DNA of 38,395 bases from an uncultured Thermoplasmata archaeon (GTDB lineage Archaea > Thermoplasmatota > Thermoplasmata > Halarchaeoplasmatales > Halarchaeoplasmataceae): contig CAYNQI010000010.1 of NCBI GenBank assembly GCA_964399335.1, positions 1-38,395 of the forward strand. Direction: 5' to 3'. Position 1 is the stretch's first letter. Each line of letters begins with the position of its first letter. Of this stretch, positions 1-7,918 are shown in pieces. A model generated the notes under the pieces. The model searched no databases, was not told where the DNA came from, and worked only from the letters and a program-made list of their open reading frames with translations. A program made the translations under genes and the position numbers.

Positions 1-394
1 ATATTATACTATCAGCTGTTTCGGGACCTATCCCATTTATATTTAAAAGATACTCTCTTAGATCATCCTTTTGTAGTAACTTCTCTAAACCATCGTTTTC
101 GACCACTGCATCTGCTAAACGTTTTAATCTTTTAGATTTTTGTTTATAAAATCCAGTTGGCTTAATTAATTTTTGAATCTCACCTAGTGAAGAAGATTGT
201 ATTGAAAAGGGATCAAGTATATCATTCTCTTTCAGATTATCGATAGCTATCTCCACATTATTCCAACTCACATTTTGTGTCAATATTGCACCAACCATCA
301 TCTCGAATTTTGTTTCTGCCGGCCACCAATTTTGTTTTCCAAATTCTTTTTTTAATAATTCATAGATCTTCATCAGCTTTTTTCTCTTATCCAT
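1..394 (-). CDS. Endonuclease III-related HhH-GPD DNA glycosylase (N-terminal part; runs off the window start)
   Basis: Manual translation from ATG at 394: MDKRKKLMKIYELLKKEFGKQNWWPAETKFEMMVGAILTQNVSWNNVE...IKPTGFYKQKSKRL...LLNINGIGPETADSI. Has the WWP, AILTQN and GIGPETAD (HhH) motifs. Not in the ORF track because it is truncated. Confidence 0.9.
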   Translation of the reverse strand, partial: MDKRKKLMKIYELLKKEFGKQNWWPAETKFEMMVGAILTQNVSWNNVEIAIDNLKENDILDPFSIQSSSLGEIQKLIKPTGFYKQKSKRLKRLADAVVENDGLEKLLQKDDLREYLLNINGIGPETADSII

Positions 395-495
395 TTTCTT
401 TCTAATCCCCTCGGCGGTTATAAATCATTTTCTACTTTCACTGATTACCCACCCCTCTCCAAAAACATTAAGTTCTAATTTCATGATTTATATCT

Positions 496-1596
496 ATGCG
501 GAGTAGAGGTACTGTTGACCTTCCATTACACACAGGCCGAGCACCTAGGTGGTTATTCGAAAAGATGGTGCAACTCAGCAGGTGTGTTACTGAAGTTATC
601 TTAGAGGAATATGGAGAGAAAGAATTCCTAGAAAGGGTAACAGATCCATACTGGTTTCAAGCTTTGTCATGTGCGATTGGTTTTGATTGGCATTCGAGTG
701 GAACTACTACCACAACCTGTGGGGCACTAAAAGTAGCTCTAGACCCTGAAAAACACGGTATAGCATTTCTAGGAGGTAAAGGTAAGGCGAGTATGAATAC
801 GCCAAATGAGATAAAGTCATTAGAAGATCATTTTAGTTTATCTCCTAAAAAATTTGATGATATACCATACTATTCTAAGATCATTGCTAAGGTTGATAAT
901 TCCTGTATCCAAGATAAATATAGATTGTATCATCATAGTTTCATATTGACAGGATCTGGGGAATGGGGAGTAATTCAGCAGGGAATGAATGATGATGTAG
1001 GTTATGCTAGGAGATATCATTGGCTTTCTAAAGATATTGAAGACTTTATCGAAGAACCCCATAAAGGTGTTTGTTGCGATCGTAAGGAAGAAAACGTTCT
1101 GAATATGACTGATAGGAGAAGTAAAGAAACTAAAAAGATATCTATTGATTTAATAAATGATGATCCAGAGCATCTAAAAAAATATTTTAGGGTAAAAGGT
1201 CAGACAACCATAACTAATTTTCAGAAAGATATAGAGATGCCAACTCGTCATCAGGTTTTAGATATGGATATATCTAAAAGGGGTTGGAAAACTTTGAAAA
1301 GAGCTTATGAACTACAACCTAAGGATTATGAAGAGTTGATTTCACTAGAAGGTATGGGTCCAAAAAAGATCAGAGCACTTGCTTTACTTTCGGATTTGAT
1401 TTATGGTTCAGAACCAAGTTGGAAGGATCCTGTAAAATATAGTTTTGCTCATGGAGGTAAAGATGGTACCCCTTATCCGGTAGATGAAGAAGTATACAAC
1501 TCGACTATAGATAATTTAAAAGTGGTTTTGGAGAAGGCAGAAGTAGAAGATAAGAGTAAAAGACAAGCAATTAAACGGCTCCACAAACATGTGTAA
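496..1596 (+). CDS. DUF763 family protein (function unknown; HhH motif and PIP-box-like motif)
   Basis: Typical DUF763 motifs: DLPLHTGRAPRWLF, GFDWHSSGTTT, WGVIQQGMN, ARRYHW, SFAHGGKDGTPYPV. Confidence 0.9.
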   Translation: MRSRGTVDLPLHTGRAPRWLFEKMVQLSRCVTEVILEEYGEKEFLERVTDPYWFQALSCAIGFDWHSSGTTTTTCGALKVALDPEKHGIAFLGGKGKASMNTPNEIKSLEDHFSLSPKKFDDIPYYSKIIAKVDNSCIQDKYRLYHHSFILTGSGEWGVIQQGMNDDVGYARRYHWLSKDIEDFIEEPHKGVCCDRKEENVLNMTDRRSKETKKISIDLINDDPEHLKKYFRVKGQTTITNFQKDIEMPTRHQVLDMDISKRGWKTLKRAYELQPKDYEELISLEGMGPKKIRALALLSDLIYGSEPSWKDPVKYSFAHGGKDGTPYPVDEEVYNSTIDNLKVVLEKAEVEDKSKRQAIKRLHKHV

Positions 1597-1634
1597 GGGC
1601 TTTCAATTTACTCGTCTGGAATCTGACCACAACC

Positions 1635-1642
1635 TTTATAAT
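1635..1642 (+). promoter_or_regulatory. Putative TATA box of pan
   Basis: TTTATAAT about 40 nt upstream of the TTG start, with an SD-like GGTGGT at 1674-1679. Confidence 0.5.
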
Positions 1643-1682
1643 AAACTAATTTCATGAAAAAATATAGGAAATTGGTGGTCAT

Positions 1683-2891
1683 TTGGAAGAAGAAGATATA
1701 AAGGACAGTTCGAAGAAGCTGACACAAAAAATCGATGAGATTCAGAAGAAACATGAACAGCTTCTTGAAGAAACTAATACTCAAGGTTTCAATGATGATT
1801 ATGTACGGACTGAATTAGAACGTTTGAAAAGTGAAACTAGGGAGATAAAAAAAGAGATAGCCCGTTTAAAGAAACCGCCATTAATTGTAGGTACTATAAA
1901 GGAATCTTTACCGAATGGCCAAGCAGTTATTGAAAGTTCGACAGGACCTGATTTTATTGTGAATGTTGCAGATTATTTACCCAAGGAACTTATAAGGTCT
2001 GGCACTAGAGTTGCTCTTAACAAACAGACTTTATCAATAGTTAAAACACTTCCACCATCTGCGGATCCCAATGTTATGGGAGCCGAGATTATATCAAAAC
2101 CATCTGTATCTTATATGGATATCGGTGGATTAGATGATCAGATCAGAGAAGTAAAAGAAACAATAGAAGAACCATTACTTTATCCCCAGAAGTTCAAGAA
2201 TGTTGGTATAGATCCACCTAAAGGAGTTCTTCTTGTTGGGCCACCTGGTACCGGTAAAACTATGATAGCAAAGGCCGCTGCTAGACGGACGAATGCAACA
2301 TTCATAAAATTCGTTGGTTCAGAGCTTGTACAGAAATATATCGGTGAAGGGGCTAGGATGGTGAGAGAATTATTTGATATGGCCCGGGAAAAAGCACCTA
2401 CTATAATCTTCATTGATGAATTAGACTCAGTCGCTACAAAGAGGTTAGAAGGTGCCACCTCAGGAGATAGGGAAGTACAGAGAACTATGATGCAGTTACT
2501 TTCCGAATTAGATGGATTCGAACCGGTTGGTGAAGTTAAGATAATGGGTGCAACAAATAGACCAGAACTTCTAGACAGAGCTCTTCTTAGACCAGGCAGG
2601 TTTGATAGGATAATTAAAATTCCATTACCAAATAAAGAATCTAGGAAGAGAATTTTTGAGATCCATATGGAAAAAATGTCTTTAGAAGAGGGCATTGATC
2701 TCGATTATATCTCCAAAAAAACGGACAATGCTAGTGGTGCGGATATAAAAGCAATATGTACCGAAGCAGGTATGTTCTCTATAAGGGATGATAGAGATAA
2801 AACCACGAACGACGATTTCTTAAAAGCGATAGACAAGGTTTTGAATGAGTCACCAGAAAGGGAGATAAAAAAGCAGGTAATGTTCGCATAA
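1683..2891 (+). CDS. pan: Proteasome-activating nucleotidase (AAA+)
   Basis: N-terminal coiled coil and OB domain, Walker A GPPGTGKT, Walker B IFIDELD, SRH TNRPELLDRALLRPGRFDR, C-terminal HbYX-like MFA. TTG start. Confidence 0.96.
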   Translation: MEEEDIKDSSKKLTQKIDEIQKKHEQLLEETNTQGFNDDYVRTELERLKSETREIKKEIARLKKPPLIVGTIKESLPNGQAVIESSTGPDFIVNVADYLPKELIRSGTRVALNKQTLSIVKTLPPSADPNVMGAEIISKPSVSYMDIGGLDDQIREVKETIEEPLLYPQKFKNVGIDPPKGVLLVGPPGTGKTMIAKAAARRTNATFIKFVGSELVQKYIGEGARMVRELFDMAREKAPTIIFIDELDSVATKRLEGATSGDREVQRTMMQLLSELDGFEPVGEVKIMGATNRPELLDRALLRPGRFDRIIKIPLPNKESRKRIFEIHMEKMSLEEGIDLDYISKKTDNASGADIKAICTEAGMFSIRDDRDKTTNDDFLKAIDKVLNESPEREIKKQVMFA

Positions 2892-2906
2892 AATCATATT
2901 GATGAA

Positions 2907-3062
2907 CTATCTTTCAGAATTATTTTCTAGGTCTTCTTCTAGAATTAGAACCCCTACGTAATCACATTTTCGACAGTGATACTTGTACCCGGTCATCATA
3001 CCTGCTACAGATACGATGTCAGTACTTCCACATTTAGGACATCTTTTTATTTTTTTATCGAT
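2907..3062 (-). CDS. Small CPxCG zinc-ribbon protein (51 aa), apparent ATC start
   Basis: Manual translation (I/M)DKKIKRCPKCGSTDIVSVAGMMTGYKYHCRKCDYVGVLILEEDLENNSER*. Two CxxC pairs. GAGAGG lies 6 nt upstream of ATC. No in-frame ATG/GTG/TTG between the upstream stop and the first CxxC. Confidence 0.75.
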   Translation of the reverse strand: MDKKIKRCPKCGSTDIVSVAGMMTGYKYHCRKCDYVGVLILEEDLENNSER

Positions 3063-3082
3063 AGTTATCCTCTCTATTTTGA

Positions 3083-3298
3083 AGTTGTCCCCTGGCTGTA
3101 ACAGTAAGGTTCATCGTAGGGGACCCCCATCTCCCCTTCCTGACTCTAGCCAGGGGTTTGTCCGGTCCTGGGGTTGATCCTTGTTCATAGGAGGACGTCA
3201 CGTCCTAACCTCACGAGGGGACCCATCAGGACCATGTCCTGCATTTGCATCTCGGTTCATAGTCCTGGGAAACTCGCCGGGACCTTCTATGCAGGACA
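3083..3298 (-). ncRNA. Three-hairpin box H/ACA pseudouridylation guide RNA
   Basis: GC-rich island in an AT-rich intergenic region. On the minus strand there are three consecutive hairpins (CCUGCAU/AUGCAGG, UGGUCCUG/CAGGACCG, CCCCUGGCU/AGCCAGGGG), each followed by ACA (3235-3237, 3159-3161, 3086-3088). Each has an internal pocket and a GA...(U/G)AUGA K-turn-type motif. Confidence 0.85.
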
Positions 3299-3344
3299 TA
3301 TAAAATAAGGCCTTGCTGATATATCAATCCATCGGAATTGAAAC

Positions 3345-3360
3345 AAAAAGTATATATAAA
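3345..3360 (+). promoter_or_regulatory. Putative BRE/TATA of the Usp-like gene
   Basis: AAAAAGTATATATAAA about 55 nt upstream of ATG 3414. SD-like GGAGG just before the start. Confidence 0.5.
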
Positions 3361-3413
3361 ATCTTAGTTTGATGTTGTTTTAGATATGACTGCTCTGGCG
3401 ATGGAGGAACCTA

Positions 3414-3893
3414 ATGCCTAAAGGTCAATATAGTGATGAAAAGATTCTATTGATCGCAAGCTATAGGGAAGAGTACGACAAAAATGCCCTAAGGAAAATA
3501 AAGGAATATATTTTTAAGATTAAACCTGACCGTATAGTAATTTCTAAAATAATCGAAGAAGATTCCACACCTGAATTAGTTGACGCAGCAGTCGGAATGG
3601 AGAAAAAAAAAGATTTTCTAGAAACTGTTAGAGAAGAAAAAAAGAATCAGGCCGATGAGTATGCAGAAAGATTGATCAAGATGGTGGAATCTACGGGGAT
3701 TCCAACCGAAGTCCGATTAAGGAACACTGAAGAGATCTCTGATGAAATCATAGGAGATTATAAGAAAATAGGTGTGGATTACGTGATCATCCACAGTACT
3801 AATAAAGGCCCTATATCAAAAGCCTTACAGGGTTCAACTGCTAAAAAAGTAAAGGAAGAACTACCGGATAAGTCTGTTTTACCTGTAGATTAA
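3414..3893 (+). CDS. Universal stress protein (UspA-like)
   Basis: Usp-like C-terminus DYVIIHSTNKGPISKALQGSTAKKV...SVLPV; 159 aa. Confidence 0.7.
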   Translation: MPKGQYSDEKILLIASYREEYDKNALRKIKEYIFKIKPDRIVISKIIEEDSTPELVDAAVGMEKKKDFLETVREEKKNQADEYAERLIKMVESTGIPTEVRLRNTEEISDEIIGDYKKIGVDYVIIHSTNKGPISKALQGSTAKKVKEELPDKSVLPVD

Positions 3894-3953
3894 TAGTTGT
3901 AAATATTAAAAGATACCAGAAATCTTTTATGAGATATAGTTAGATGTCACTTC

Positions 3954-5768
3954 ATGTCTATCGTAAGATTGGGTAAAATTCATCTTCATTGGTGTGAAAA
4001 TTGCAATCTACCTTTAGTTGAAAAAGGGACTTGTGGGATCTGTTCTTCCGAAGGTGTAAAAGTTAAAATCACACCACCTGGTGATGTAAGGCCAGCCTTC
4101 GACTTAGATAAAGAACTTATCAAGAAAACTATCAACCGTCAATGGGGTCAAATATATTTCCAGAGGGTATTTGGTGAAAAAGAAATAATCCTCCTTAATA
4201 ATTCCCCGCATATAGATAGAATGGACGAAGTGATAATTGATGGAAACGTGATAGGGAATCTAAGGTATAATATCTATAAAAGAGCCGAAGGAAAAGAACC
4301 TTATGAATTTATAATAAGACCATGGAAGGAATTACCAAAACCGAAAAAAGGTTTCGTGGTTGTTGATGATGGGGCTGTTAAACCTATCTTAAATGGTGCT
4401 AGTATTTTAGCTCCTGGAATAATTGATGTAGATGAGAATATCCATAGAGATGACGAGGTATTGATAATTGATAAAAAAGGAAATGTTATCGCTGCAGGAT
4501 CAGCTCAGATGGATGCAAAAGAGATGATAAAATCAACTTATGGAAAGGCAGTTAAAAATCGATGGAGGGTTTCAGATTTCAATGTTAAAAGTACATGCAA
4601 TGAATGGGCTCAAGCCCTTGAAGCAAATGAACATTTGATCGGAAAAAGGGTTGATACAGCCATCGATTTTATAAGAAAAAAAGTTGAAGAGAAAGAGTTA
4701 CCGATTGCAGTTGCTTACAGTGGCGGAAAGGATTCTTTAGCTACATTACACCTTGTTATGGATGCAGATATAAAACCAGATATGTTGTTTATCGATACAG
4801 GTATCGAATTACCTGAAACCATAGAGAATGTAAAAAAGATAGCTGAAAAATACGATCTTAATCTTGTATCGAAAAAGGCTAGAAGTGGTTATTGGGATAA
4901 CGTTGATTATTTCGGTCCTTCTTCTAAGGATTATCGCTGGTGCTGTAAGACTTGTAAACTTGGCCCAACAGCACTTTTGATTGATCAGAAATATTCAGAT
5001 GGTGTACTTTCATTCATTGGCCAACGAAGATATGAGTCTGAGCAGAGGAAAGATAAAGGAAGTACATGGAATAATCCATGGGTTCCAGGTCAAAAATCTG
5101 CTTCCCCTATCCAGGATTGGACGGCCTTACACATATGGTTGTACTTATTTATGAGGGATGCAGATTACAATCCACTGTATGAAAAGGGATTCGAAAGGAT
5201 CGGCTGCTGGGTTTGTCCTGCCTCTGATATTGAGGAACTTGAAAGATTAAAGAAAAGATTTGAAGGTTATGAAAACTTTGAGGATATATTAGAAAACTAT
5301 AGAATAAAAGCCAATCTACCTAAAATATGGACAAGTTTAGCTCTTTGGCGTTGGAATGAGATACCTAAAGAAATGAAAACATTCTTAGATCAAGATGAGG
5401 ACTTAACTAGAATCGATATAGAGAAGTCCAAACCATCGTTATCGGACATGATTAGCGATGATAGAACTAGGAACCTTCTCAATATATTGATACCAGATGA
5501 CAAGATCTTATCCGATAGCAATATAAGTACTGAAAAAATCCAGGGATTTTTAAAGAGATATGATTTGGACTATCATGACATATACGAGGTATATCTAAAA
5601 GCAATGTTTTGCTCCGAATGTGGAATATGTGTAGCTAGATGCCCCAACGATGCTATAAAATTTAATGATGGCATTATCATAAATAGTGAAGAATGTGATA
5701 GCTGTAAAATCTGTCTAGGTAAATGTCCAGTAGTAGAATTTGATGATAGAGTTATCCTCTCAGATTAG
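3954..5768 (+). CDS. PAPS-reductase-family protein with N-terminal Zn finger, PUA domain and C-terminal 2[4Fe-4S] ferredoxin
   Basis: WCENC...CGIC; PUA VVVDDGAVKPILNGASILAPGI; PP-loop SGGKDS; WCCKTCK and RIGCWVCP; CSECGICVARCP and CDSCKICLGKCP. Confidence 0.9.
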   Translation: MSIVRLGKIHLHWCENCNLPLVEKGTCGICSSEGVKVKITPPGDVRPAFDLDKELIKKTINRQWGQIYFQRVFGEKEIILLNNSPHIDRMDEVIIDGNVIGNLRYNIYKRAEGKEPYEFIIRPWKELPKPKKGFVVVDDGAVKPILNGASILAPGIIDVDENIHRDDEVLIIDKKGNVIAAGSAQMDAKEMIKSTYGKAVKNRWRVSDFNVKSTCNEWAQALEANEHLIGKRVDTAIDFIRKKVEEKELPIAVAYSGGKDSLATLHLVMDADIKPDMLFIDTGIELPETIENVKKIAEKYDLNLVSKKARSGYWDNVDYFGPSSKDYRWCCKTCKLGPTALLIDQKYSDGVLSFIGQRRYESEQRKDKGSTWNNPWVPGQKSASPIQDWTALHIWLYLFMRDADYNPLYEKGFERIGCWVCPASDIEELERLKKRFEGYENFEDILENYRIKANLPKIWTSLALWRWNEIPKEMKTFLDQDEDLTRIDIEKSKPSLSDMISDDRTRNLLNILIPDDKILSDSNISTEKIQGFLKRYDLDYHDIYEVYLKAMFCSECGICVARCPNDAIKFNDGIIINSEECDSCKICLGKCPVVEFDDRVILSD

Positions 5769-5772
5769 AAAA

Positions 5773-6861
5773 TTATCTGAATAGTTTTTTGATGTCGTTA
5801 CATGTTGCATTTGTCTTCAAACCAGTAGGTTTGAAATGGGTCCGTGAAATATCGAAGCCCGCTTCTTTTATTTTTGATTCAAAATCCTTCATAGATGGCG
5901 GAGCGATCTTAAAATAGCTTCCAAGGGTATTCGTATCATAGAAAAAAGGAGGCATTTCACATTCATCTTTCCAGAGTGAGATCAATTCCTCATCTAGTTT
6001 ACCAACTGGTTCCAATTTTTTAAGAACCTTTTTGGAAAAAAGTTTACCTGACCAAAGCGGTCCAGATCTCTTTAGGTCATCCCTTTTTTTGTCGTCTTCT
6101 TGGTACCAACCCAAATCATCAAAATAAAAGTTATCTAATTTCTCCAGAGCTTTGTTACCTCTTTTTGCCCCTTCTCTGATCTGTAAATAGGTTCTAAAAT
6201 GATGACCATTATAATATGAAAGTAAAGGTTTAGCGCCTTTATCATATCTAGCGGCTTCTCTAACGCAAAAACCAACTAAAATTCTAAGTCCGATTTCGTG
6301 ACAGCACCAATTATTGATTGGACTAGCTGAGTATCTTCTTTGACAAACTTTTTTATAAGTTCCACAAAGTGGAGCTGTGTCCGTAGAAGTAACTGCGATA
6401 ACACCTCTATTGGATATTGATTTTACAACAGATGAATAGTATGGAACTGGTGTTCCAAAGGGGTCTATATCTATGTAGTCGTATTTGTAGCGGTTATTCA
6501 ATACATGGATCTCGATAGCTTCTTCGTTGGGAAATACATTTTCAAGTTCATTCAACTCGATATTATTTTTGATAAGGTCAAACGCATCTTTATCAACATC
6601 ATTAATAACGACTTCGCCACAATCAACTTCATTACCAATTCTAACGCCCCTAACTCCAGACGCAGCCATACCATCTAAAATTATTTCATTTCCACTACAC
6701 CATGAATTTAAAAAAGAGATGCAAATATCTCTATTAAGCTCCATTGCAGGATTATAAAATACCTTAGTGCGAGAACTTTTTGGACCTATATTTCTTTCAT
6801 GTTCAGGAACCAAAAGATATGTGTTTCCTTCTTGAATTTTTATTAAATCCACATCTAACAT
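5773..6861 (-). CDS. trm1: tRNA (guanine-26) N2,N2-dimethyltransferase
   Basis: VFYNPAMELNRD, DGMAASGVRGVR, IDIDPFGTP, VTSTDTAPLCG motifs. Confidence 0.95.
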   Translation of the reverse strand: MLDVDLIKIQEGNTYLLVPEHERNIGPKSSRTKVFYNPAMELNRDICISFLNSWCSGNEIILDGMAASGVRGVRIGNEVDCGEVVINDVDKDAFDLIKNNIELNELENVFPNEEAIEIHVLNNRYKYDYIDIDPFGTPVPYYSSVVKSISNRGVIAVTSTDTAPLCGTYKKVCQRRYSASPINNWCCHEIGLRILVGFCVREAARYDKGAKPLLSYYNGHHFRTYLQIREGAKRGNKALEKLDNFYFDDLGWYQEDDKKRDDLKRSGPLWSGKLFSKKVLKKLEPVGKLDEELISLWKDECEMPPFFYDTNTLGSYFKIAPPSMKDFESKIKEAGFDISRTHFKPTGLKTNATCNDIKKLFR

Positions 6862-6883
6862 CTCATGGTTTCATCAATTTACA

Positions 6884-7426
6884 TCATATCTCTTCTTTAA
6901 AAAGGTCGATTACCTTATATGGAAGTAGATCCCTATTTACGTCAGTAAGTTCCAGCATTCTTACATCATCTCTTCGTCTTACGTCTTGTAACAGGGGATT
7001 CCTTGATTTCTTGTTAAATGTAAGTATCATGGGTTTATTAACATCTAGGGCAATTTTTACAATCCGGTTAAACTTTTCACTTTCGACTTCCATCTTTCCA
7101 ATTTCGTCCACCAAAATCAGATCTTCATTACGGATTGCATCTTCAACTGCTCTCACACCAACTTGATTTAAAGCGTCCAAGTCAACTCCATATCCTTTTA
7201 TACGGATCTGAGAGTCTAAGTTGAGATGGGCGAAAACAGCTTTTTCCTTAGTTTTCCAATTCATTACCTGAAATCCCATTTGTCTATTATCCTCAAGGAT
7301 CGGTTCAGTAATCATACCCCCCACGCTGACCCCTTCTTCAGAAAGCATACTAATGATCCTTTTCAGTGTGTCAGTTTTACCGAGACCGATAACACCACTG
7401 ATACCAATCTTTAAACTTTTAACCAT
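6884..7426 (-). CDS. THEP1-family nucleoside triphosphatase
   Basis: P-loop GVIGLGKTD, GGMIT, RQMGF, LILVDEIGKME. Confidence 0.9.
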   Translation of the reverse strand: MVKSLKIGISGVIGLGKTDTLKRIISMLSEEGVSVGGMITEPILEDNRQMGFQVMNWKTKEKAVFAHLNLDSQIRIKGYGVDLDALNQVGVRAVEDAIRNEDLILVDEIGKMEVESEKFNRIVKIALDVNKPMILTFNKKSRNPLLQDVRRRDDVRMLELTDVNRDLLPYKVIDLFKEEI

Positions 7427-7531
7427 CTTTATCTACCATTCCTAAACGCTCTTCTAATACTAGTATTTTGTTTAAACTCATTTTTCACTACTTTATTATT
7501 ACTGTACTTAATGTGTATCTAGATATATAAA

Positions 7532-7918
7532 TTAATCGAGACTACTGATATACATAAGAGGATAATTGAGTTCTTCGATATATTTGAGTACACCTTCAGC
7601 TTTGATCCCTTCAAAATCAACTTTTATTTTTGCTTCTATCATATCCTCTGTGAGTGTAGTATACTCAAAGATACCCTCTTCTTTTCTTTTCTTTTGTCTA
7701 TCTAAGTTTATACAAACTTCAGCTGATTGAACATATGCCTGTCTCTCAGAACTTTTTTCCATGGCTTTCGCCAGATCCTTCGCGTTTTCTTCACTAATTG
7801 GTGCACCTATGAATTGGTGAAATAATGCTCCGAGTTTAATTCCTAATTCAAAAGCAGCTCTTTCTCTTTTGTTACATTTAAAGTAACTGTTAGCTATTTC
7901 TTCTTTTTTCGTGGTCAT
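7532..7918 (-). CDS. mptD: Archaeal dihydroneopterin aldolase (MptD / MJ0408 family)
   Basis: RERAAFELGIKLGALFHQFIG and LNYPLMYI motifs. Probable start MTTKKEE at 7918. Confidence 0.85.
   Translation of the reverse strand: MTTKKEEIANSYFKCNKRERAAFELGIKLGALFHQFIGAPISEENAKDLAKAMEKSSERQAYVQSAEVCINLDRQKKRKEEGIFEYTTLTEDMIEAKIKVDFEGIKAEGVLKYIEELNYPLMYISSLD

Noticed and set aside
2907-3062. Zn-ribbon ORF as Nop10
   Set aside because: It starts like Nop10 (IKRCPKCG) and neighbours an H/ACA RNA, but lacks the YTL and HPxxFSPxDxYxxYR signatures.
2983-3177. 64-aa plus-strand ORF
   Set aside because: Antisense to the Zn-ribbon gene and the H/ACA RNA; no family features.
3083-3298. GC-rich island as SRP RNA or RNase P RNA
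   Set aside because: No helix-8 CAGG..GGAA..AGCA motif, no GAGGAAAGUCC or P4 signatures, and too short. The three ACA hairpins explain it better.
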